The notes under the pieces are model-generated. The model searched no databases and had not been told where the DNA came from. It was given only the letters and a program-made list of their open reading frames with translations. From Thermoguttaceae bacterium (GTDB taxonomy: Bacteria > Planctomycetota > Planctomycetia > Pirellulales > Thermoguttaceae), in contig JAZNJF010000508.1 of NCBI GenBank assembly GCA_045577885.1, forward strand, positions 1-59,446: a DNA stretch of 59,446 nt. The letters are read 5' to 3'. A program made the translations under genes and the position numbers. Shown here in pieces: positions 35,681-44,427 of the stretch (position 1 is the stretch's first letter; each line of letters starts with the position of its first letter).

Positions 35681-35746
35681 CGGCGTCCCCAAGAGCGCCG
35701 TTTTTAAGCGCGCGCCGTCGAAAACGCTTCGTCTCCGACGGCGCGC
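35681..35746 (+). terminator. Two hairpins after rsr (weak terminator candidate)
   Basis: CGGCG-N10-CGCCG followed by TTTTT (35681-35705). Then an 11-bp stem GCGCGCCGTCG/CGACGGCGCGC (35710-35720 with 35736-35746) that has no immediate T-run. Confidence 0.4.
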
Positions 35747-35891
35747 AAAAAAAACGTTTTTTAAGAAAATTTTTTAATAATTAAGCGAAACGCGCCTCTT
35801 AGTAAGCGAAAGAAGAAAACAACGCGACGCGAAAACGTTGCTCCAAGCGTTGGAACGCTCGGCAAAATAAAGACTTAAATTAAACGCAAAA

Positions 35892-37505
35892 ATGAAAAAG
35901 AACGCTAAAGAATACGCCCTTACCAAGAACGTTATCGCCTTCCGTCGCGGGCTCTTCCTCCTCGGAGGGAACGAAAACAACCCGACCGTCGCGGCGACGA
36001 TTCAAGCGGAGCTGATGAATCTCGGCTTCATGCTCGACGAAGCGGCGTATAAAAAACTGCAAGCGACGCCGAAACGCGACGCGATCGCGTTTTACGAAGA
36101 AGTCGCCGCTTGGATTAAAGCGACGATCGGCGACGGGTGTTACACGCCCCTTTACGCCGGCTTCCCGCAGGACGTTATGGCGCTCTCCGACGTCGAGCTG
36201 TTCCTCAACGCGATAACGCACTACCTTAGCGGCGGAACGTTCCTCGTCAACGCGTTCACGCAAAAACGTCCGACGGCGTTCGAACGCCCGAATTACAAGA
36301 TTATTACCGTCGGAACGCAAGAGGATTTCGAGCAAATCCCGCGCGACCTCCTTTCGGCGGAACAATCGCTCGCGCCGGAAGACGTCGACGTCCTCCGTTG
36401 GTTCTTCGCGAACTACCCGAAGAACCGCGTTCAAGAGCTTTTGCCGAGCCGCATTCCGTTTAAGGAGAACCTTTGCGTCCTCGTCGCGGAATTGAAAATT
36501 ATTCCGCAAAAAATGACGACGACCGACGCGCTCCGCGTTATCGTCGCTCAAAGCGGCGGCGACGTAACGCTGACGAAGAAAGGCGAAAAGATCGGCCCGT
36601 TTTCGCGCGCCGAACGTCGGGAAATCCTCGACATGCTCGAAGCGATCGAGCTGTCGCCGTCGGAGATGAAAACGCGGGAAAACCGTTGGCTCCGCGTCGG
36701 CGAAGTCCTTCACCCGGGCGAGTACGCCGGACGTTGCCCGAAAACGTTCGCCGCGTTCCAACGCTTGCGCAACGAGAAAATCCGCACTTGGGCGAGCGCG
36801 GTCGAAAACGCCGCGACGCTCGACGAAAAGCTCGACCTCTTGACGCAACGTCCCGGCGAGTTCGCCCGTCGGCTCGACGCGCTCGTTCGCGGGTCGAAAT
36901 CGATTTCGGCGCTTTACCGCAAGTTCAACGCCGAGGAACGTTTGCGTCGCCGTCAAGCGCGGAGCGAAGCGCGCCGAGAGGCGATTCGCAAATACGAAGC
37001 CAATTTGCGGCGTCTGCGCGAAAACGCGGAAAAATGGCTCGAAAAAGAAAAAGCGAAAGCCGCCGCCAAGGCCGCCGCCAAAGCCGCTAAGGCGCAAAAG
37101 GGCGAGAAAAACGCTCAAGAAGAAACCGACGCCGAAACCCCGCGCGGGCTCTTCGACGCCGCCTACGCCTTCGTCCAACGGCTCGAAACGGAAGAACCCG
37201 AAACCCCCGAAGAAGCGAAAAAACAACGCCGCCCCAGCGACGCTTACCTCGTCCGCGAAGCGCGCGAACGCGAACGGCGAGAGGAAGAAGAGAAAAAAGC
37301 GAAACGCGAAGCGGTCGAACGCCGTTTGGCCGAAAACCGCCGCGTCGCTCGCGCCAAAGGTTACCGTCTTCCGGCGGGCTGGAACGGCGACGGCGAAAAA
37401 CACCAACGTCGTTTCGACGCCGAGATTTACGGTCGCGAACGCGAAACGCAAACGGCGCGAATTCCGCGTCGTTTGCGGCGCCTTCAAGCGCGCCTTCAAA
37501 TCTGA
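35892..37505 (+). CDS. Hypothetical protein: N-terminal part of a ~950-codon frame, ending in a long Lys/Glu/Arg-rich segment
   Basis: 537-aa ORF from the ATG at 35892 with no clear SD. The helical-looking N-terminal ~330 aa match no family I recognise. It ends at the TGA at 37503-37505, and the same frame stays open beyond it. Confidence 0.6.
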   Translation: MKKNAKEYALTKNVIAFRRGLFLLGGNENNPTVAATIQAELMNLGFMLDEAAYKKLQATPKRDAIAFYEEVAAWIKATIGDGCYTPLYAGFPQDVMALSDVELFLNAITHYLSGGTFLVNAFTQKRPTAFERPNYKIITVGTQEDFEQIPRDLLSAEQSLAPEDVDVLRWFFANYPKNRVQELLPSRIPFKENLCVLVAELKIIPQKMTTTDALRVIVAQSGGDVTLTKKGEKIGPFSRAERREILDMLEAIELSPSEMKTRENRWLRVGEVLHPGEYAGRCPKTFAAFQRLRNEKIRTWASAVENAATLDEKLDLLTQRPGEFARRLDALVRGSKSISALYRKFNAEERLRRRQARSEARREAIRKYEANLRRLRENAEKWLEKEKAKAAAKAAAKAAKAQKGEKNAQEETDAETPRGLFDAAYAFVQRLETEEPETPEEAKKQRRPSDAYLVREARERERREEEEKKAKREAVERRLAENRRVARAKGYRLPAGWNGDGEKHQRRFDAEIYGRERETQTARIPRRLRRLQARLQI

Positions 37506-37727
37506 ATCACGCCCAAACCGCCGACGCCGGTCGAGCTCTGGCGCCAATTCGAACAACGCCGAGCGCTTTACATCGCGAACTGGGTCGCGGACCGCGTCCG
37601 TTGGGCGCGCGTTTCCCCGGAAGCGCGTTGGGACGCTTGGCGCCAATTCCTCGAAGCGGAGCAAAAACGTTGCGAAGAATCGCGTCCGGAAATCCAATCG
37701 CTCGACGCGCCGACGCTCGACAAAATT

Positions 37728-38741
37728 TTGACGCGCTTCGAAAGCGTCGCGGACAAAGTTTCGTTGAAAGTTCTTTACGAACTTTACGGTCGCTTCGAAG
37801 AGCGTCGCGAAGCGGACGAAACCCGGACGATTTTTGTCAAGGGCGCGCGCCGCCCGACGACGCTCCTTCCGCTCCCGGCGCTCGACGCTCCGATCGTCGA
37901 CCGCGTCCAAGCGGCGGTCGTTTCGGGAATTAAGGGCCGTTACGCGACCCTTCCGCCGCTCGAAACGTGTTGGATCGATCCGAAACTTCGCTGGGTTCCG
38001 CTCCCGACGAACATGCGCAGCGTTTCGGAATCGCTCGCGCCGACCGTTCGCGGAACGCGGGTTCCGCTCGGGAATAAAAACGCGAAAGTCGTTCGCTTTT
38101 ACGTCCATTGGTTCGACGAAAAAGGGAACGTCGATTTGGACTTGTCGGCGACTTACGTCGGTAAAGACGGGATCGACGTCGTCGCCTGGAACAGCGGTTT
38201 AAACAAGCCGCACGCCGTCCACAGCGGCGACGTTCGCCACCGTCAAGGGCATTGCGCCGAATACGTCGACGTCGTTATCGAAGAAGCGCGCCAAAAGTTC
38301 GACTACGTCGTCGTCGACGTTCGCAACTTCGACAATCGCCCATTGGCCGAGGTCAAGCCGACTTGCGGTTATATGGAGCGCGAAACGCCGGAAGCGAACG
38401 ACATTTGGGTTCCCCAAACGGTCGCCGGCGCCTTCAGCCTAACGTCGCGCTATCAATCGACGCTTGTCGCGGCTATCGACCTCAAGAGGATGGAATACCT
38501 TATTTTGGACGTCGACGCGAGAGAAATCGCCGCGTCGCTCGACCTGAAAACGACGCTTGCGCTCCTGCGCCGTTACTCCCAACCGCCGAAACTTTCGGTC
38601 GCCGACCTTATCCGTTGGCATATCGAAGCGCGCGGCGGAACGGAGGTCGCGGAAAAAGAAAACGCAAAAACCGTTTTCAACGCCCTTGACTTTACCAAAG
38701 ATTACGTTAAAATTCTAAAAACGATGTTCCCCCACGAATAA
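37728..38741 (+). CDS. TerD-like domain protein: C-terminal part of the same frame as 35892..37505
   Basis: FYVHWFDEKGNVDLDLSATYVGKDG...AVHSGDVRHRQGHCAEYVDVVI...YVVVDVRNF resembles the TerD beta-sandwich hallmarks DLD(A/L)SA and HSGD. The frame is already open and coding-like from 37506. The only start candidate is a TTG at 37728 with no SD. Confidence 0.6.
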   Translation: MTRFESVADKVSLKVLYELYGRFEERREADETRTIFVKGARRPTTLLPLPALDAPIVDRVQAAVVSGIKGRYATLPPLETCWIDPKLRWVPLPTNMRSVSESLAPTVRGTRVPLGNKNAKVVRFYVHWFDEKGNVDLDLSATYVGKDGIDVVAWNSGLNKPHAVHSGDVRHRQGHCAEYVDVVIEEARQKFDYVVVDVRNFDNRPLAEVKPTCGYMERETPEANDIWVPQTVAGAFSLTSRYQSTLVAAIDLKRMEYLILDVDAREIAASLDLKTTLALLRRYSQPPKLSVADLIRWHIEARGGTEVAEKENAKTVFNALDFTKDYVKILKTMFPHE

Positions 38742-38760
38742 TCGTTTTTATTTCGAAAAT

Positions 38761-38835
38761 CCGGCTTCCGGCCTTCGACGCGGCTTACTTCATAAAAACG
38801 TAGATTGAGCCCGTCTCTTTCCGGAAGTCGATTTT
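38761..38835 (+). ncRNA. Candidate structured small RNA, module Y4
   Basis: Outer 9-bp helix GGCUUCCGG (38763-38771) with CCGGAAGUC (38821-38829), containing one G-U pair. Inner helix ACG(C)GGCU (38778-38785, bulged C81) with AGCCCGU (38808-38814). The apical loop starts UACUUC. UUUU at 38832-38835. Confidence 0.4.
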
Positions 38836-38887
38836 CGCCCCCATTTGAAGACGCGCGCTTTGCCGAGCGAGCGTTTTCCTCGAAAAT

Positions 38888-38962
38888 CCGGCTTCCGGCT
38901 TTCGACGCGGCTTACTTCATAAAAACGTAGATTGAGCCCGTCTCTTTCCGGAAGTCGGTTCT
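38888..38962 (+). ncRNA. Candidate structured small RNA, module Y5 (second copy of Y4)
   Basis: A 78-nt repeat copy 127 nt downstream of Y4. Helices at 38890-38898 with 38948-38956. The one substitution within the structured core lies in the internal loop. A U-rich tail follows. Confidence 0.4.
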
Positions 38963-39017
38963 TTATTTCTTGACTTCTAAAAACCGCGAAATTTCTTGTT
39001 TTCGCGCCGCGAACCGC

Positions 39018-39046
39018 TTGATTTTCGCCCTTAAACCGGGTATCCT
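39018..39046 (+). promoter_or_regulatory. Possible promoter of the 1344-aa gene
   Basis: TTGATT (39018-39023), 17-nt spacer, TATCCT (39041-39046). Confidence 0.35.
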
Positions 39047-39118
39047 AAAGAGGTCGTTTCGTCGTTTTCACGACCTTTCGCCGTTTGCCGTTGACCGCTT
39101 GTTTTAGGAGTCCGAACA

Positions 39119-42100
39119 ATGCGCTCGCCCCTGCGAATCGTTTTCGCCGTTTTGTCCTTATTATTAATAGCGCCGCTCGCGACGTTCGCCGACTCGCCCG
39201 TTTCCGAACGCCGGGTCGCGTTGATTCTCGACCAACCGCCGCGCGTCCCGATGCAAATCGAATCCGATTTCGTCGCCGAGATCGCGTCCGACCTTGACGC
39301 CGCCGACGCGACGCTCGCGATTACCGTTCTGAACGTTTCCGCCGATTCCGGCGTCGTTTCCCGCTCCGGCGAACCGGTCGACCTCGCCGCGTTCGACGTC
39401 GTTTGGCTCCACCAAGGCGACGCGATCTCCGCTTCGACCGCGCTCTCTGCGGAACCGGTCGTTTCGGCGTTGCGTTCGTTCGTCGAGTCGGCCCCGGAAC
39501 GCGGCGTCTTTTTGACCGGCGGAGCGGCCGCGCTCCTCGACCCGCTCGGCTTCGGCCCGATCAAAACCGCTCCGGTTACCTTCGGCGACGACCGCGCGCA
39601 AGCGGGCCTTATCCCGGTCAACCCCGACGCCGCCTTTTTCGCCGACGTCGAACCGGACCGCGAAACCTGCTGGATAACGAACGCCGCGTTCCCCGCCTTC
39701 GCCGATTTCGCTTGCGAAGCGCCGAACGTCCGAACGCTCGCGACGACGCCGGGCGGCCCCGCGCTCCCGCTCTTGGTCGCGCTCGACGAAAGCGGCAAAA
39801 CGGACGAAAACGCCGGTCGAATCAAAGCGGCGGCGTTCGCTTGGCGCGTCTCCCCGCTCTTCGACCGCGCCGCGCCGTTCTTTAAGAACAATCTCAAAGC
39901 GTTCTTCCGCAACGGCTTAAAACAAGTCGGCGCCGATATTTCCGCGTCCGATTTCGTCGCGCCCGCTTTCGTTCTCCCCGACTTCGACGCGCTCGAACGC
40001 TCCGTTTCTCACCTCGTCGAGACGTTCGCCGACGATTACCCGAACGGCGCCCAATACCTCGAACGCCTCGCCGAACTGCGCGAAAAAGCGAAAACGGTCG
40101 CCGACGCCGAAAGCGCCGCCGCGTTGACCGCCGACTTTGCCGCGCTCCAAAAAGAAGCGCTCCTCGCGAACCCCGACCTCGACTTCGACGCGTTCCTCGC
40201 CGTCCGCCGCGACCCGAACAAACTCGGTTTCCCCGATAATTACAACAGCAACTCCGTCCTTCCGACGACCGGCTACCGCGACGCGCTCGTTCGCGTCGAC
40301 GTCCGAACCGGCGAAAAATCCGACGTTTACGTCCCGAAACACGGCGAGTTCGTCGGCGACCTCGAACTCCATTACGACGCCGACAAAGTGATGTTCTCCG
40401 CGCCGGACGCCGGAAACGCCGATCCGGAACTCGCGAAGCGTTGGCGTCTTTGGGAACTTCCGCTCGATTCGGAAGGAAACGCGACCGGAGCCCCCGCCCT
40501 TCTCCCGACCGTCGAAGCGCCGGACGTCGACAATTACGACGCTTGTTACCTCCCGGACGGGCGAATCGTCTTCTGCTCGACCGCTTGCCAAACCGGCGTT
40601 CCTTGCATCGACGGGAGCGGGCACGTCTGCAACCTTTACCTCCGCGAAAAAGACGGCTCCGTCCGCCAGCTGACGCTCGAGCAAGACCACGACTGGAACC
40701 CGGTCGTTCTTAACAACGGTCGCGTTATGTACTTGCGTTGGGAATACGTCGACCTGCCGCACGCGTTTTCCCGCATTATGTTCCACATGAACCCGGACGG
40801 GACGAACCAAACGGAGCTTTACGGAAGCGGCTCTTATTGGCCGACGGCGATGTTCGGCGCGCGCCCGCTCCCCGGCGACTCCTCGAAGTTCGTCGCGATC
40901 GTCGGCGGGCACCACGAAACGCCGCGAATCGGCGACCTCGTTATTTTCGACCCGGCGCAAGGCCGACAAGAGGCGACCGGCGCCGTCCAGCGAATCCCCG
41001 GTTACGGCAAGGAAGTTCAGCCGACCGTTATCGACCTGCCGATCGCGCAAACTTGGCCGAAATTCGTTCACCCGTTCCCGATTTCGGAGGAATTTTTCCT
41101 CGTTTCCTGCAAGCGTTCCGCGTCGGAGCCTTGGGAAATTTGCCTCGTCGACGTGTTCGACAATATCGTTACCCTTTGCCGCGACGCGGAAAACGCGCTC
41201 CTCGAACCGATTCCGCTCCGCCCGACCGAGCGCCAACCGATCGTTCCCGACCGCGTTATCCCCGACGCCCCGGAAGCCGACGTTTTCATCGCCGATATTT
41301 ACGAAGGGCGCGGTTTGCCCGGCGTCGAACGGGGCGAAGTCGCCGCGTTGCGCGTTTTCAGCTATCATTTTAGCTATCAAGGTATGGGCGCCGAGCCGCA
41401 CGGCGTCGGCCTCGACGGCCCTTGGGACCCGCGCCGCATTATCGGGACGGTTCCGGTTCTCGAAGACGGTTCCGCGACGTTCAAAATCCCGGCGATGACG
41501 CCGATCGCGCTCCAACCGATCGACAAAAACGGCAAGGCGCTCCAACTGATGCGCAGCTGGATCACCGCGCTTCCGGGCGAATCGGTCTCTTGCGTCGGTT
41601 GCCACGAGGATCAAAACGAAACGTCGCCGACGACGCCGCGAACGCTCGCCGGTCAAACGAAGCCGCTCGAACTCGAACCGTTCTTCGGCCCGACGCGCGG
41701 TTTCTCGTTCGAACGCGAAATTCAGCCGATTCTTGACCGTTACTGCCTCGACTGCCATCGCCCGGACTCCGAAACGGTCGCGAAAATGATCGCCGACGGC
41801 AAGCTCCCCGCCGACGTTCGCTCGACCGAAAAGCGCCCGCGTCAAACGTTCGGTTTCGACCGAATCCCCGATTTCCGCCCGACGGAGCCGAAACGCCTCT
41901 TGGTCGACGGCGGTTATATCGACGCCGCGTCGCGTTACTCCAACGCTTATTACCAACTGCGTCGTTTCACGACCGTTTCGACGAAGGAAAACCAAATGGC
42001 GACGCACCGACCTTACGAGTTTTACGCCGACGTCAGCGAAGTCGTTCGGCTCCTCGAAGCCGGGCACTTCGGCGTCGAACTCGACGAGGAATCTTGGGCG

Positions 42101-43153
42101 AAGCTGATCGCTTGGATCGACCTCGGCGCGCCGTATTACGGCAACTGGGGCGAAATCCGCAATTACGCGATTCCGGAACATGTCAAAAGCCAATGGTCGC
42201 GCCGCGAAGAGCTCCGCCGCCTTTACTCCGGGAACGTTCCGCGACTCGACGACGACCCGACCGTTCCGGTCAAGCCGGTCGAACCGGCGCAAGCGTCCGC
42301 CGAGTCGAAGCGCCGCCTCCGTTTTTCGCTTGAAAAAGTCGCCGACGCCGCCGAATCGACTTGGCGCCGCGACGGAGCTGACGAGCGCGCCCCGTTCTCG
42401 GTCGACCTCGGCGACGGCTTGACGCTCGAAATGGTTCCGATTCCCGGAACGAATTTCTTCGCGAGTCGTTTCGAAATAACGAACGAGCAGTTCCGCGCCT
42501 TCAATCCGTCGTTCGACGCCGGGCTCGAATACGGCGACTTCATCCAATTCAGCCCGGGCGAAATCGGTTGGCTTCTGTCGCGCAAAAAGCAGCCGGTCGC
42601 GCGAACGACTTGGAACGACGCCGCCGAATTTTGCGCTTGGTTGAGCGAAAAGACCGGGCGCAAGTTCCGCCTTCCGACCGCGTCCGAATGGCGTTTCGCG
42701 GCGTCCGGCGGCGACTCGACGGCGAAAAACTGGTTCGGCGACGCCGCCGATTACGCGCCGTTCGAGAACTTCGCCGACTCGACGTTCGCGAAGATCGACC
42801 CGTTCTCTTGGGCCGGTCGCGTCGACAACCTGCCCGCTTGGCGTCCGGCCGACTGGAACGTCGACGACCGCAGTCGCGTTTCGGCGCCGGTCGGTTCGTA
42901 CTCGGCGAACCCGTTCGGCCTGTTCGACGTTCAAGGGAACGTCGCCGAGTGGACGTCGTCGGAAGTCGTTCAACGCCGCGAAGTCGTCGACGAAACCGGC
43001 GCGGTCGTCGCAAGTTCGGAAACGCCGAAAAAGGTCGTTTGCGGCGGTTCTTGGCGCCTCGAAGCGCGCAAAGGAACGCTCGACGCCGAACGTTACTTCC
43101 CGGCCCGTTTCAACCTCCGCGACGTCGGCTTCCGCGTCATTTGCGTCGACTAA
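39119..43153 (+). CDS. Large secreted multidomain protein: GATase1/ThuA-like N-terminal region, beta-propeller/HzsA-middle-domain-like region with CxxCH motifs, and a C-terminal SUMF1/FGE-type domain
   Basis: Signal peptide MRSPLRIVFAVLSLLLIAPLATFA. CVGCHE and CLDCHR motifs. The C-terminus (...WNDAAEFCAWLS...NPFGLFDVQGNVAEW...GGSWR...RDVGFRVICVD) is typical of formylglycine-generating-enzyme-fold domains. AGGAG SD. Confidence 0.8.
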   Translation: MRSPLRIVFAVLSLLLIAPLATFADSPVSERRVALILDQPPRVPMQIESDFVAEIASDLDAADATLAITVLNVSADSGVVSRSGEPVDLAAFDVVWLHQGDAISASTALSAEPVVSALRSFVESAPERGVFLTGGAAALLDPLGFGPIKTAPVTFGDDRAQAGLIPVNPDAAFFADVEPDRETCWITNAAFPAFADFACEAPNVRTLATTPGGPALPLLVALDESGKTDENAGRIKAAAFAWRVSPLFDRAAPFFKNNLKAFFRNGLKQVGADISASDFVAPAFVLPDFDALERSVSHLVETFADDYPNGAQYLERLAELREKAKTVADAESAAALTADFAALQKEALLANPDLDFDAFLAVRRDPNKLGFPDNYNSNSVLPTTGYRDALVRVDVRTGEKSDVYVPKHGEFVGDLELHYDADKVMFSAPDAGNADPELAKRWRLWELPLDSEGNATGAPALLPTVEAPDVDNYDACYLPDGRIVFCSTACQTGVPCIDGSGHVCNLYLREKDGSVRQLTLEQDHDWNPVVLNNGRVMYLRWEYVDLPHAFSRIMFHMNPDGTNQTELYGSGSYWPTAMFGARPLPGDSSKFVAIVGGHHETPRIGDLVIFDPAQGRQEATGAVQRIPGYGKEVQPTVIDLPIAQTWPKFVHPFPISEEFFLVSCKRSASEPWEICLVDVFDNIVTLCRDAENALLEPIPLRPTERQPIVPDRVIPDAPEADVFIADIYEGRGLPGVERGEVAALRVFSYHFSYQGMGAEPHGVGLDGPWDPRRIIGTVPVLEDGSATFKIPAMTPIALQPIDKNGKALQLMRSWITALPGESVSCVGCHEDQNETSPTTPRTLAGQTKPLELEPFFGPTRGFSFEREIQPILDRYCLDCHRPDSETVAKMIADGKLPADVRSTEKRPRQTFGFDRIPDFRPTEPKRLLVDGGYIDAASRYSNAYYQLRRFTTVSTKENQMATHRPYEFYADVSEVVRLLEAGHFGVELDEESWAKLIAWIDLGAPYYGNWGEIRNYAIPEHVKSQWSRREELRRLYSGNVPRLDDDPTVPVKPVEPAQASAESKRRLRFSLEKVADAAESTWRRDGADERAPFSVDLGDGLTLEMVPIPGTNFFASRFEITNEQFRAFNPSFDAGLEYGDFIQFSPGEIGWLLSRKKQPVARTTWNDAAEFCAWLSEKTGRKFRLPTASEWRFAASGGDSTAKNWFGDAADYAPFENFADSTFAKIDPFSWAGRVDNLPAWRPADWNVDDRSRVSAPVGSYSANPFGLFDVQGNVAEWTSSEVVQRREVVDETGAVVASSETPKKVVCGGSWRLEARKGTLDAERYFPARFNLRDVGFRVICVD

Positions 43154-43460
43154 GCGTCGCCGTCAAGCCTTCAAAAGTTCGCGCGAACCCGACGTTCAAA
43201 CCGCAATTGAGCGCGCCCGCAAGCGAACGAAGGGAGCGAAGAAAACGAGTTCGCGCGGAAGCGCGGGCCCGGAGCGCCCGGCGGCGCCCCGGCCCGCTTC
43301 AACCTCCGCGACGTCGGCTTCCGCGTTATTTGCGTCGACTGATTCGCGAATCGACGCAACAAAATTGAGCGGGCCCGCAAGCGACCGAAGAGAGCGAAGA
43401 AAGCGAACTCGCGCGGAAGCGCGGGTAAAACCGCCTTCGGCGGGCCCGGCGGCGCCGCGG
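43101..43460 (+). repeat. About 190-nt tandem duplication covering the last 15 codons plus stop of the preceding gene and the downstream sequence
   Basis: 43101-43153 (..RFNLRDVGFRVICVD*) recurs at 43291-43342. 43204-43266 recurs at 43363-43425 and includes a CGCGC-GGAA-GCGCG hairpin. Confidence 0.85.
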
Positions 43461-43611
43461 TTCGTTCGATTCGGCGAAACGCGTTTTTCTCTTTTCCCTT
43501 TCGCGCCTCCTCGTTCCCCGTTTAAAGGAGGCGCGTTTATCCGCTTGACAAAAAACGATTTTCGCGCTATAAATATTAACGTTTAGTTTACTTTGCCTTG
43601 CGGAGGTTCTT

Positions 43612-44346
43612 ATGGATGCGTCGGAAGAACGCGATAATACCGTTAAAATCAATAAATCCGAATCGAAATCTCGCTTTTTCGGCGGCGTTTCCGCGTTCGC
43701 TCATTCGGTCGGCGGCTCGATGAAAAGCGCCGCGAACGCCGTCGGGAGCGCGACGTCTTCCGCCGCTTCAGCCGTCGCGTCGACGACCGTTTCCGCCGCG
43801 AACGCCGTTGGAAGCGCGACGTCTTCCGCCGCTTCCGCCGTCGTCGAGGGCGCGAAAAGTCTCGTTCCGGAGAAGAAACCGGAAACCGCGCTCGTCTTTT
43901 ATCGCGGCGATTTTCTTATTTTTGAAGACCGAATCGAAAAACACGGTCGCAAATATTACTTCAACGCGTTGAAAAACTTGACGATAGAAAAGCGCGTCCG
44001 CGAAACGTCGAACGTCGAAGTCGGTTCCCTTTTGGGTCGGGCGGCGATGGGCGCGTTGAACGGCGCGGCGAACGGCGGGCTCATCGGCGCGGTCGCGGGC
44101 GGCGTTTCCGGAGCGATCGACGGCGGCGACGCGAAAGAGTCGAAGCCGAAGGAAACGCGAACCGAGTATTTAATCGGCGCGCCGGAGCGTCCCGATCGCG
44201 ACGAAACGATCTACTCGACCGACGACGCCGACGACGCGAACGAAACGTTGCGCGAAATCCTCGCCGCGCTTGCCGCCTCCGAAACAACCCCGGCGCTTTG
44301 GAAAAACGGTCGCAAAACCGACGCGGAAAATTTCCGCTTCGACTGA
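43612..44346 (+). CDS. Hypothetical protein with an Ala/Ser-rich N-terminal repeat and a glycine-zipper segment
   Basis: GGAGG SD. Internal repeat SAANAVGSATSSAASAV occurs twice. GSLLGRAAMGALNGAANGGLIGAVAGGVSGAIDGG. Confidence 0.55.
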   Translation: MDASEERDNTVKINKSESKSRFFGGVSAFAHSVGGSMKSAANAVGSATSSAASAVASTTVSAANAVGSATSSAASAVVEGAKSLVPEKKPETALVFYRGDFLIFEDRIEKHGRKYYFNALKNLTIEKRVRETSNVEVGSLLGRAAMGALNGAANGGLIGAVAGGVSGAIDGGDAKESKPKETRTEYLIGAPERPDRDETIYSTDDADDANETLREILAALAASETTPALWKNGRKTDAENFRFD

Positions 44347-44427
44347 TTTTCGCCTTCTCTTTACTCGGCGACGCTCGACAAAGACGCCGCCGTCATCTTT
44401 TGTTTTTAGCGTCTCGGAGGAATCAAA

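Noticed and set aside
37503-37545. Selenocysteine recoding of the in-frame TGA.
   Set aside because: I found no convincing SECIS-like hairpin in the ~40 nt after the TGA, and the local context (RLQARLQI*ITPKPP) is not a redox motif. It remains one alternative under the finding but is not called.
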